Assembly (NCBI GenBank): GCA_013239625.1
Contig: MU053513.1
Span: 1,972,927 to 2,036,926 of the forward strand
Length of the DNA stretch: 64,000 nucleotides
Direction of reading: 5' to 3'
Source of the DNA: Lama guanicoe
Lineage: Eukaryota
Part shown: piece after piece, positions 1-10,903 of the stretch
Layout: the number at the start of each line of letters is the position of its first letter
How positions within the stretch are numbered: position 1 is the first letter of the stretch
Position numbers and translations under genes: made by a program
Notes under the pieces: model-generated
Databases searched by the model: none
What the model was told of the DNA's origin: nothing
The model's input: the letters and a program-made list of their open reading frames with translations, nothing else

Positions 1-3000
1 GTTAGAAAAATGAGAATTTTAAAGTAATGTATTTGTTTAAAGATTACTGATGATTTTGATAAAATGTATCACATCAGGGAGAAAAGGAAGTCTTGCGTTA
101 GACTTCTCATCCTAGAATTACTAGTTGGGAGGAAGAAGAGGGGAACCATGAATATTCAGACTATGCCAGAAGGTCTACCTTCAACTTGTAGTTAAGATAG
201 TAGCAATTTGATGGTAACTTCTGTAAACTTCTGTGTTTGCCTAGAAATAATACAAAGTCCGTCTTGGAGGACCATTCAGATCCATTCAAACATCCCATGA
301 AGTACGAAGTATGCTTTGAAAGAGTGATACAATTGTTGTAAAAATAGAATAGACATACTAAATCCACTTAAATGTATTTTTTAAGGGCAAAGAGTTTGAG
401 AATTTTGAATGGCAAAGAGGATTATTTTCTGTTTGGGCAGAGATGTGTTTATTTTGCATTTTTCAGCTCCAAACAAATAGAGCTCATGCTCTAAAAGGGT
501 AGTAGTCTTGGAAATATGTGGTGGTGTTTTGATTGGAGGTCTGCAGGAATGCACAGGGCTGTCATTTGCAAGTGGGCCCTCCATCCCCTACACAGAGGCG
601 TTGGCTGTGAAAGACGACGTAGACCTACTGTTAAAGCATCACGTATCTCGTAGTACTCATTGCGTCCGTTGTACTTGCTGAAATACTATGCTCAAGTTAT
701 TTGGTAGGAACTGAAGGAACTTTTAATAACATCTAAAATCACTGCTTTAAGGTTTAGATTTTGGGGGGTGTGGTTGGTGTGATGTGCAGTAAGAATAATA
801 GCAAACACTTACAGAGCGCTTGCGATGAGCCAAGCGAGCGTATAGTAGTAACGGATTTAATTCTCATAACCTTATGAGGCAGGTTCATCTACTATCCTGT
901 TTTCATGTGAGAGAATCTAGCCAGAGAGGTTAAATAACTTGCTCAGGGGCACATAGTAGAGTGGTGCTGCCTGGATTTTAACCTGAACAGATTGCCCCAG
1001 AGCCAGGACCTGCCTAACTTCCCTGTTCCCCGAGCAAGAATATTCCTTTGGTGTCAGGGTCGCTGAGGTGTGCAGGAAGTGTTGCTTTTCAGTCCCTTTT
1101 TCTAGAGTGGTATTCATCCTAGACACGTGCAGTTTTGTGGCTCAGAACAGAGACGTATACCTGTGCGTGCGGGGAAGGCGCGGAAATGGCCCGCCCCACG
1201 TGAATTAGGAAAACACACAGAAGCTGTAATTTACATCTTCTAATCTGACAGCAAACGTGGTTGTGGGGCTTTAGGCAAAGCTGGGGGCTAAGGTGCGGGT
1301 CTCCTGCCCCAGGCAGGATTTGTTTCCGTGCATGTTTGTTGATTCTCACTTAACCTAATCGTATGCCTTGTCCATTTTTCTCCGCCTTTCCCTTTTGTTT
1401 AAATTAAATTGCAGAACACAACAATTTACTGAGGTATGCGGAACATTTTTTAATGACATGGAGAAAATAGTATATGGCATGTAGTAAGATAAATACTTCG
1501 TGAAGTTTCTTTTTTAGTTACACATATAAGAGCAGCATGCTGTATAAACTGTATTTCTTACTGTGGGTAACAAAGTCCGAAGGCCATTGTTCTGGGTACG
1601 CTGGATGGAATGGAATGTCTCCAGGTAACAAGTAGGTTTTTCTACAAGGTTATGGAGATACTGTCCTTTTTAGACTCTAAAGTGTTTTTTAAATTTCATA
1701 TCTTGATGAAAAATGTGCTCCTGTTTATATGATCCCAGAAAAAAAAATCCCCCCCAACAGTTCAAGTGACTGATTAAATGAATTTTTGAGCGTGGTGTCA
1801 TTTAGCTCCATGAGGATGGAGACCATCCATGTTGATCTGTATCCCTAGGATCTGGCTCTTAATAGATTCTCAATAAATATTTACTGGTAGTAGGCCCAGT
1901 GTTTTGGTGAGTTACATTTTTTCCTCCAGGAAGTTAGAGAAACCACCTGTGTCTAAGTGTGTCTCTGAATGCGTCTGTGGGACCCTTAGAGGCTTTGCCT
2001 CAGCAGATCTCACTTACAGGGCTCTGGGAGGCCTGCAGAATTGCGCCCTCCCTCTCCTGGAGGATGCGGCTCAAACCTGGGTGGCAGGGATTTTGGGTTT
2101 CTCTGGGACCCTAGTTAGGCCATGTATCTAATTCTCTGCCACGCTATGAGAGTGATGGGAAGGGCACAAGCATGGAAAGTCTGGGTCCTAGTCTCTGTTG
2201 AGGAAGTGAGACACTCGATATGTTAACACAGAACCGCCTTTTATTGAGCACCAGGAGCTAGCAGAGGATGTGCATGTGTTACTAACCCGTCTAGTCCTCA
2301 CAACACCTCTATGAGGTTGCCTCTATTGTGACCTCTGCTGTACAGATGAGAACTAGGGTTTAGAGGATTTAAATGTTTGCTCTCCACTGTAATTGCTGTG
2401 TGTGGAGCTGAGGATACAAAGCCTTGCCCTTCTGAAGCTTCTAGTCTAGTGCCAAAGACCAGCAGTAAACAAGTAAATAAATACCATGTAATTTTAGGCA
2501 GAAACAGAGAAATGCTGTGAAGAAAACTAACGCCTGAAGAAAAATGATGGAACAATCGGGACCAGTGTGCCATTTGAGAAGGAACAGTCAAAGGACCCCT
2601 CAATGACAAGGGTGAATCTGAACAGAGACCTGAACGGAGTGAGGGAATTAGCCTTGTGGATAATCTGGAGGAAGAGGCAGAAGGTTAGCAAGGGCGAGGA
2701 CCCTGACCCAACAGAGAGCGAGGCGCGTTCAGGCAATGCCGAGAGGGCCGTTGTAGCTCGAGTCAAATGAGCAAGAGGAGAGCGGTGGTGGCTGGTGAGA
2801 GGGCACAGGGCAGATCAGGTGAGGCCCTCAACGCACATCATCGCAAAGGAGTCTGGATTGTGTTCTGATGTCTTCTACCTACAGCACAAGGTCTTCTGTG
2901 AGGCAGAGACCTCTAAGGTCCTTACCTGCTTTAAAATCCTGTATGACTTTAAAGTAGTGATGTCGTGTGTCAAGCCATTCAAATCAGTCAGCGTGTTTTA

Positions 3001-3667
3001 GCGGTTCTGTCGAAGACCTGACTGCACCTCTAGATACAAAGCCATCGGCCCCTGGGCTGAGTTCTTTCAAGAGGGCAGCCAGCTGCAGCCACTGAAGCCG
3101 TGGCCGGGCCTGCCTGCTGTGCTGTCAGAGCTGTGGCGGGCAGGGACTGTGTGTGCTAGTGTGTGGTATGTGTTTAAAGAACGTTAAACCCTACAAAGAG
3201 TCATTTTGTGTTTTCTGGCACAACCGACAGTTTTCATCCTGCAATTCTCTTTTTCTAATTTGCTTAAATACTCCTTGTGCTCCGGCATGGAGAGTGTGAC
3301 AACTTGGGGTTGTAATAAAGTATTTGACAACTGTGTGAGTTGTAGGAACGTGCCCCTTTTTGTTAATAGGAGCATAATTGTAACCAAAGAAATTTAATTT
3401 CTCCTTTAGCAAACACTGACATTGCTGTTTCAGAATGATTGCTAGAGTAAAAGGAAATATGAAAATTACCATGTATCATGAACACATTGAGAGTTCTCTC
3501 TGTATAGCTCAAAACTGATCTATGGCCAAAATCAAAACCAGATGAACTTATCATAAATCTCAACTACTACTGTGTTTGCTTCTAATTCTGTTTGGAATAA
3601 GGCTTCAAATGCTTTCCAGAATGATGTGAGTTACGAATAAATAGAAAAAGAGTTATCCTGTGTTCCA

Positions 3668-3678
3668 TTTATTTTATT
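3668..3678 (-). terminator. Distal polyadenylation signal (tandem AATAAA) of AK5
   Basis: Plus strand tttattttatt gives two overlapping AATAAA on the minus strand, with a UGUA (CFIm) motif immediately upstream in the transcript. Confidence 0.7.
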
Positions 3679-4039
3679 TGTACATATCCATTTCAAGAGA
3701 AAAAAAAAAGAACTTTGAAAATACAGTTCTGTCCCAGAAATGGAGCCTTATCTGCACAACCATTAAAGGAAAAAAAAAATCATGCAAACTGAAACCAAGG
3801 TCTTTTGTAGTGACTGGATGTGACGGAAGATGCAGTTATCCCAGTAGAATATCTATCTGATTTGGCAACTGACAGCACAAAAGAGAACCCAAACTTCACT
3901 GGTTTGATTCAAGGAAACACAGTTTTACATGTGGTTATGATAAGGTTTGCAAAACCCTGCAAAAGCCTGTATGGAACAAATAACGCACTGGAATCCGTTA
4001 AACACCGTGTACTGCCGTGCCTCTCCCACCACCGTCAGT

Positions 4040-4045
4040 TTTATT
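4040..4045 (-). terminator. Possible proximal polyadenylation signal
   Basis: AATAAA on the minus strand inside the 3' UTR; usage unknown. Confidence 0.35.
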
Positions 4046-4945
4046 ACTGTATCTCTTACTCGTTTGGCAACAGATAAATAAGTGATCAAACCAAAACCGT
4101 AAGTTGACATCAGAACAGTGAATGCAGTAGCAAGTCACTTCATACTTTTAAATTATGTTTGGTCATTGGTATTAATGCATAATTCCCAAAATACACCACC
4201 ACGTATAGAAGAGGCCCAACAATTTATCTGATTTGTTCTCCTAGCCAGTGTGACAATATTCCAAGTAGCCGGTTTCATAGAAATGGATAGAGAAATGTTA
4301 TTGGTGACTAGTCTGGATTTTGCTATCTTGCAAAAGCTACAATTTCACATTTAAAAAATTTCTCACATTTTTCAGATTTAATCACATTTCTCATCAGCAA
4401 GTAGTTTTGTCTTTGTCAACCCAGTCACTCTGGCTCGGAGCTGGATGAGACTTGAAACAAACAGCTCTCCAAGGAAGATGCCCAGGCCTGCCCCCCCTTC
4501 TTAAGGGCCTTCGTCACCTAACGGCACACAGAGCTTGGGGAGAGGAGGGAAGATGTGCTGGGGCGCTAGGGAGGCGAACTCCCTATTTGATGAAAGTAGA
4601 ACCAAATGATCAGACTCTAGCAAGTCCTGAAGGCACAGCTGACACAGACGGGCAATGCACTGCACTGCTGTTCACATCCTAATGCAGCTCTGAGGTGACA
4701 GGAAGGTGTGCGTGCTGTGAGTGCAGACAGCTGCCTGACTTATGAAGACAAGGTCGAGTAATACCAAATACACCATGCATGGTTTCCAGACACCTCTCAG
4801 GTCAAGCTGGGAAGCAAATGGCAATGTCAGGATTTGGAGGGCGGCGGGGCAGGACACAAAAGGTTTAAGTTGTAACACTGTTACGAGATGAACCTTTTAA
4901 TATTCTTCTGTCTTCATTCTCCTTAACACACATGCATTTTTGCCT

Positions 4946-5014
4946 TCAGAAAATGGAGTCAATAGCTGTGCAGAGTTGAAGAAAAACTTCCTCTGGTGTC
5001 CCCTCAGCATTGAT
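4946..5014 (-). CDS. AK5: Adenylate kinase 5, terminal coding exon
   Basis: tag|ATC AAT GCT GAG ... TTC TGA = INAEGTPEEVFLQLCTAIDSIF*, 69 nt, phase 0. Matches the AK5 C-terminus. Confidence 0.97.
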   Translation of the reverse strand: MNAEGTPEEVFLQLCTAIDSIF

Positions 5015-5184
5015 CTATGTTTAAAAGGAAAAAGAAAAAAGAAAATTCGTCTTAAGAAATCTTTGTAAATAAGACCACTTTTAATAATAAAGATCACCTG
5101 TTTATAACTTGCTGTAAAAAATTTTAAAACACAGCGCTCCAAAACCACAGAGAAAAGACTAGTTGAAGAACTAGGTGCCTAATT

Positions 5185-5990
5185 AAAACAAGAGATACCA
5201 CTACACACCTGTTAGAATGGCCAAAATGTAAAGCACATCATCAAATGCTGGTGGGGGTATGGAGCAACAGGGGCTCTCATTCTTTGCTGATGGGAATGCA
5301 AAAAGGTACCACCACTCTGGAAGACAGTTTAGCAGTTTCTTACGTGTTAGTATAGGATCCAGCAATTTGTGCTGGATTAATATGTACCCAAAGGAGTAGA
5401 AAACTTATGTCCACACAAAACCTGTGTATAGGAGCTTTATTTATGATTGCTAAAACTTGGAAGCAACCAGGATGTCCTTTATTACGTGAGTGGATAAACT
5501 GCAGTACATCCAGACAGTTGGATATTGCTTAGTGCTCAAAAGCAATGAGCTATCAGGCTATGCACAGACATGCAGGAAACTTAAATGCATGTCACTAAGT
5601 GAAAGAAGCCAGTCTCAAAAGGCTACCTACCATGTGACAATGGGAAAATGGCAAAACTATGAAGAGAGTGAAAACGATCAGGAGTTGGGCGGAGAGAAGA
5701 ACGGACGGGGGAACACAGGACTTTTATGGTAGGAGACTATCCTGTGTGATGCTATAATGGTGGATACATGTCATTGTACATTTTTCAAAACCCAAAGAAT
5801 GCAACACCAAGAATGAACCCTACTGTGAACTATGGACTTCGGGTGGTAATGTGTCGATGGCAGCAGCCGTGCTAGTGTGGGATGTTGACAGTGGGGGGAG
5901 TTGCATGTCTCTGGGGACAGGGGTAGATGAGAACTCTGTACGCTCAATTTTGCCGCGAGCCTAAAACTACTCGTAGGGAAAAAAGAGATT
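5185..5990 (+). mobile_element. Old L1 (L1MC-like) ORF2 3' end and 3' UTR fragment
   Basis: Typical L1 3' motifs (gagataccactacacacctgttagaatggcc, ggaagcaaccaggatgtcc, gtgaaagaagccagtctcaaaaggctac) and an A-rich end. Confidence 0.8.
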
Positions 5991-6399
5991 TAAAACAACA
6001 ACCACAACAAAAACTAGATGCCTTATTGAGGTAACTAAAGTATTGTTACAGGCCACAGGAAGACTGAGTTGAAGTGAGACTTCTGAGTGCTCCGGAGCGT
6101 TTGGAGCAGGGTGGGAAGAGGGCGAGGCTGGGGGCTGAGGGTCGGCTGTGGAGGAGAAAGCTGCAGCTGGGACCTCGGCTTGCAGGGGCCCCGAGCTCAG
6201 GGCAGGGTCCTCCTGCACTGGCTGACACACCAGCACAAGAAGCCAATGACAGAGGGAGGAGAGGAAGCCGATTTCCTGGGCAAGAAGGCACCACTACCCT
6301 TTCCTCTCAAAATCTCCTAATGTTGTGCCAGCCACTGAGATGTGTCCCACCACACATGTAACATCAGAGAAAGCAGAGGCCTGCTGGTCTAAGTGAGAC

Positions 6400-6566
6400 T
6401 CACGCCAGGGGCGGTGGTGAGCTTGCGAAAACGCAACTTTTTCAGACCCCATCTCCAGAGGTTCACATTTGGCAAGTTAGGGCTGGGCCTTCCAATCTGC
6501 ATATTTGACAAGTTCTACAGATGATTTTGCTGTGGGTCATCTCGGACCACACTTTGAGAAACACTA
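6400..6566. mobile_element. MER5-like hAT-Charlie MITE
   Basis: gcatatttgacaagttctacagatgatt...ggaccacactttgagaaacact terminus. Confidence 0.6.
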
Positions 6567-6689
6567 GGTGATTTCTTCAGCTCCTCTCTAGCTTCTTTGT
6601 GCAAACTAGTTTCAATTTCACAACCCTTGGGATTCCAGAGGTAAAATGAACCCTCAGAAAGAAAAAAAAAAAAGTGCACATTTAAATGT

Positions 6690-7205
6690 CCTGGAAAATA
6701 GATACAAGAATGTTTGCCATAATCCCAGACTGGAAAAATTGCAAATGTCCATCAACAGGAGGTGGATTATATATATGACTATGTCCTAGTCAGATAATGG
6801 AATAGTATAGTAATAAAAAAAAACCCCACAGCTACATCCAACAGCATGGATTAATCTCACAAAGCTGAAGGAGAGAAGCAAGTTGCAGAAGAATATGCAC
6901 ATGGTATGATTCAATTTATGTGAAGTTTAAAAATGAGCAAAGCTAAATTACATTGGTTAGAGATCCATACATAGGTTGTAAAACCACAGGAAATGATTAT
7001 CATAAAAATCAGGATGGTGGTTACTTCTTGGGGAGAAGAAGGGAGATGTGACTGGGAGAGACACGGTGGGGAGCATCTGGGAATCCCAGCTATTTCTTGA
7101 CCTGCATGGTGATGACACGGTGTTCATTTTATAATTCTTCAAACGGTATTACTTTCACGCATTCATGTATGTAAGATGTATCTCACGTGGAAAAAATAAA
7201 TTAAA
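6690..7205 (+). mobile_element. Old L1 (L1ME-like) 3' fragment
   Basis: caaatgtccatcaacagga, acagcatggattaatctcacaaa, and terminal aataaa. Confidence 0.65.
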
Positions 7206-7954
7206 ACCGAAAAATATTTTTTAAGCTTCTCCCCTGCTTCCCCCCATACTTGATCCTTACAGGAGGGTCAAAGAGCCACCTGCAGCCAGCTCGTCTCCCC
7301 AGCCGGTGGCGCTCCGTCTGGAGGGCAGGGAGTTTGCCGTGTTTACTCCCTCACAGCACATTGCTTGGCGCTTCACCTCTTCTTACTTTCCCCTTCAACC
7401 ATCCAGCATCTCCTGGGTACCAACCATGTACTATGTGCCGGGGAAACCACGCTGAACTAGACCCAACTGTCCTGCTCTCAAGAAGTTCACAGCTCAAGGG
7501 CAGAGACACATAATGAGAATTTACACTGCTGTGAGGCAAGCAGAGGAGCCATGGGTAACAGGGGCACCTTACACAATCTCGGAAGAGCAGGAAGTTTCCT
7601 GAGGAAAGTCATTATCATCATCATCATTTAAAATAATACACTTTACCACTAATGAGGCATGACTGCCATTCACTCATTCATTTTTTTTCCACTTCCACCC
7701 GTGCTTCACTCTGCCCTTGCTAGACGTCCCTGCCTTCCCCGTCCCTCCAGCCTGCTCTCAATCCCCTCCATCCCTCCATCCCTGCTTTGCTCGCTCCCTC
7801 AGTCCATCCATCACTACCTCCCTCCCTCACTCCCTCCTTCTCATTTCTGCTCCTCTCTCACTTCTCACTTGCTCCCTTATTCCCACCCCTGTGCATCTTC
7901 TCGTCCTCCCCAGCATAAGTGCTTTTAAGCAAACAGGTATTTCTAACAATGATC

Positions 7955-8100
7955 TTAGGTCACAGGTATTGTTGTCCCCATTTCACAGATGATGAAACTG
8001 AGGCCCTGAAAGATGAATTAAATTTCCCAGTCATACAGCTAAGCAAGTGGCACAGACTTGGTTCAAACTCAGGTCTCTGACTCCAAAGTCCTTGCACTTG
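7955..8100. mobile_element. MIR SINE
   Basis: MIR core ccccatttcacagatgatgaaactgaggccc...ttcaaactcaggtctctgactccaaagtcc. Many other MIR cores in the window are not listed individually. Confidence 0.75.
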
Positions 8101-9609
8101 TCGACTACATTATGCTACATGCGCCAGTTCAAAATGTCTGGATGGCTGAACTGAGTGGAAGTTGCAAGGAGTGAAGCTGGACTAGTAAGCAGAGATTGAC
8201 ATAAAGAGGCTTATATCTTCTATTGCCTAAGAATAATGGGGAGCTGGGTAAGGGTTCTAAGGAATCGGTTGATACGATCAAACGCAGGTACGTTAAAAAA
8301 TCTTTGATAAAGAGTTGTTTAATTGAACAGAAAGTGTGATGTGGAAGCAAAGAGCACCGTGTCAGGAGAGATGACACCTGGTGCTGTCCCTGGTGAGCTT
8401 CTGGACCTGGGCCGGCCCCTCGCACTCCTGGGGCCTCAGCTTCCCCCTCTACTACATGGAAGACTGAACTAGGACCTGATACCCCCCAGGTCTGGTTCCA
8501 GCTCTGACAAAGTGTTTCCAAATCTGAGTCTGAATCTTGGTGGGGATGAGGCTCCGACCAGGAGGCATCAGGTTTGTCCAGTTGAGTTTGGTGCTGCCAG
8601 TAAGGCTGGACCTGGAGGAATGGACATGTACTTGAAAGTCATAAAGGAGAATGCGAGCTTCCCCAGGGAAGAGAGCAGAGATCTGAAAGCATCTGGATGT
8701 TCTCAGGGAGCAGTGGGTCATTCCTTGAGGATCTCACACAAACAGCTCGGCTGGGGGAAGGAGAATGAGGAGAGGAGGCTGGAAGAATGAGTTGGGATGA
8801 GCTTGTGTCTCCATAGATCAGCCTATTCTGGACATTTTCTATAAATGGAATAGTAATATGCAGTCTTTTGTGACTGGTTTCTTTCACTTAACATTTTCAA
8901 GGCTCTTCCACGCTGTAGCATGTGTCAGCCCTTCGTTCTCTGTCCTCTGCCACTGCCCTGCTGAGCAGTCACCTGACCTGGTCTTTTCAAACCCTGGGAG
9001 GAGGGAGGAGAGGAAGCAGCTGTGAACTCCCCCCACACACTTTCAGCTTCCCTCCCCTATAGCGAGGGCCCTGAGAAGACGTAAATCCACAAGCACTAGG
9101 CTTATAATTTGCATTATCTGTGTCTGCATCAGTGGGAGATGCATCAGGTCTCTGGTCCTCAGGAAGCTCCCTGAGCACAAAGACTCAGTACAACAACCCT
9201 TTGGTACATCTTGCAAGTTCTCCGTCCTAGTGTCCAATGCTTTGTCCTTGGCATGGACACCTCCCAGAGTTCACTCCAGATCTTCCCCAGAGGAGAAAGC
9301 TAATTAGACTTGACCCCAAGTCATTTCTACTGCATTTGCTTGTAAGTGTTCTCATTATAATACAATTGCCTAATCGAGGGAAGCCTGTAGTGGGACTTTC
9401 AGCTTAGTTACACCCTCTGCTTCCTTTGAACAAACCCCACCTGGTTCTGGGACTTCTCTTGTCCTCATAAGGCGGTCCATGTCTTGCAGTCTCCCTCTTT
9501 ATTTCTCCATTAGCCACAATGTCTTAACTGACCTCTCTAGCTACTTGCATTTAACTGACATAACATGTCCTATTTCTACTAACCAGCCCTGGAACATTTC
9601 CCTCCTCCA

Positions 9610-10035
9610 GCCCATTCTTCTCTAACCAATACTACCCAACAGTCTTCGACCTCATGCACTTTTCTAAATTTGTCGTTCTTCCAAAAGAAAGCCATGTTAT
9701 TTCCCACATCCTTATCTCCTATCTAACAGTCATCATTTCTCTTTTAACTGATACATCATTAGTACAAAAAGTCATTTTAAAAGAACACTGATTATTACAT
9801 CCTCTCTCTTTTTCTCCATTTTCCTGTTGATTGATAACCTGTTTCTTCAATGTAACACCAGCAACGGATTCACACAATTTGGGTTGACCATTATCCAGAA
9901 TTTCTTTTAGACTCCGATGAAGACATATTTGTTCATTACAACGTCCTATCTTTCCATTGTTCTTTTTGCCCTTTTATCAGCACAATGAACTAAAGGCTCT
10001 TTCAACACCTTCAATGGGTTGCAATTCAACAGTGA
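9610..10035 (+). mobile_element. Putative ancient non-LTR retrotransposon reverse transcriptase remnant
   Basis: Manual translation across frameshifts gives RT-like motifs in the expected order: YPTVFDLMH...ILISYL, PL/LFFSIFLLIDNL, FF*/SDEDIFV, NGLQFN. Confidence 0.45.
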
Positions 10036-10840
10036 TGTTCAGCTTCTCACTTCTTGGCCAGATACGACCCATCATAAGCCCCAAATAGCTGCATGTCTAG
10101 CGGGATGCCAGGCTCCGTGAGGACAAGGCCATTACTCAGCATTGGCACCCTCAGAGCTCAGCTCTAGACAGGCAGGCAAAGACAAGAGAAGTCAAATGGA
10201 AGAAAGCATCTTCATTCTCCCACCCCTTCTTCCCTTCCTCACCGAAACGGGCTGTTGTGGGGGCAGAAATAGGTTCTTGGAGCCCATTTGCCGACCCACA
10301 ATCTGAACTTTGTACAACGATATGGGATCCTCTCTTGGAAAAGCAGAAACCAGGGTGGATGAGCACAAGCACCTACAGGCGACAGCGGATTTTCCGTGAC
10401 GGCTGGGACTGGGCGGTGGGAGGCTATCAGTGGGACTGTGTCACTCCGGCCAAGGCTGACGTCGGGGGGAGCCGGGAGCCGGGCTGCAGGAGTGAGTCAT
10501 GCCCCGGAGCGTCAGCTGGACCGTGTCCCGCTTCTAATTCCATCCCAAACCTCCCTCTTCAGTTTGCTTCGTGGCTTCAATCCAGGGCTTTATTTATTCA
10601 ATTAAATAGAAGAAAGCTTCTCACTGCCACCCAGAGTCACATGCTGTGGTGTGCGCTTTGCGGAGTCCAAGGACGTGAGGAGATTTAGAGACAAAATCAA
10701 AGAATCAGTCTTTTCAGATGGAAAAAGCAGCCTTGGGAAATCTATGACGCTCATCTGGGACCCTCATTAGGCCCAAGAACCAAAATTCTGAGAATAAAAT
10801 TCTAAAGGCAGTGGGGCAACTTTTTTTCCTATAGAAGCTC

Positions 10841-10903
10841 TGTGTGCATGTGTGCGTGTGTGTGCGTGTGTGTGCATGTGTGCATGTGTGCATGTGTGTG
10901 TGT
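10841..10903. repeat. (TG)n-like compound microsatellite, perfect purine-pyrimidine alternation
   Basis: tgtgtgcatgtgtgcgtg...tgt, 63 bp alternating. Confidence 0.95.

Larger units (their letters stand above)
3650..4945 (-). other. AK5: AK5 3' UTR (approximate 3' end)
   Basis: Follows the TGA at 4946-4948 on the minus strand and ends at overlapping AATAAA hexamers with an upstream TGTA element (minus: TGTACAAATAAAATAAATGG). The exact cleavage site is not visible. Confidence 0.7.

Noticed and set aside
1..1900. 3' UTR of the convergent neighbour (ZZZ3 by human synteny)
   Set aside because: No ZZZ3 coding sequence is recognisable, and the + strand AATAAA at ~1873 lies in an L2-like 3' end. 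Synteny recall alone is not enough.
4270..4400. Possible L3/CR1 fragment within the AK5 3' UTR
   Set aside because: Similarity by eye is too weak to call.
8380..8400. RE1/NRSE-like site ggtgctgtccctggtgagct
   Set aside because: The critical GCTGA end is mismatched and the site sits in a decayed repeat region.
9720..10075. Minus-strand open stretch with integrase-like (NGKIGRCN) or hAT-like (VERAFSSL) words
   Set aside because: Isolated short resemblances with no supporting DDE context. The + strand RT interpretation explains more motifs in the correct order.
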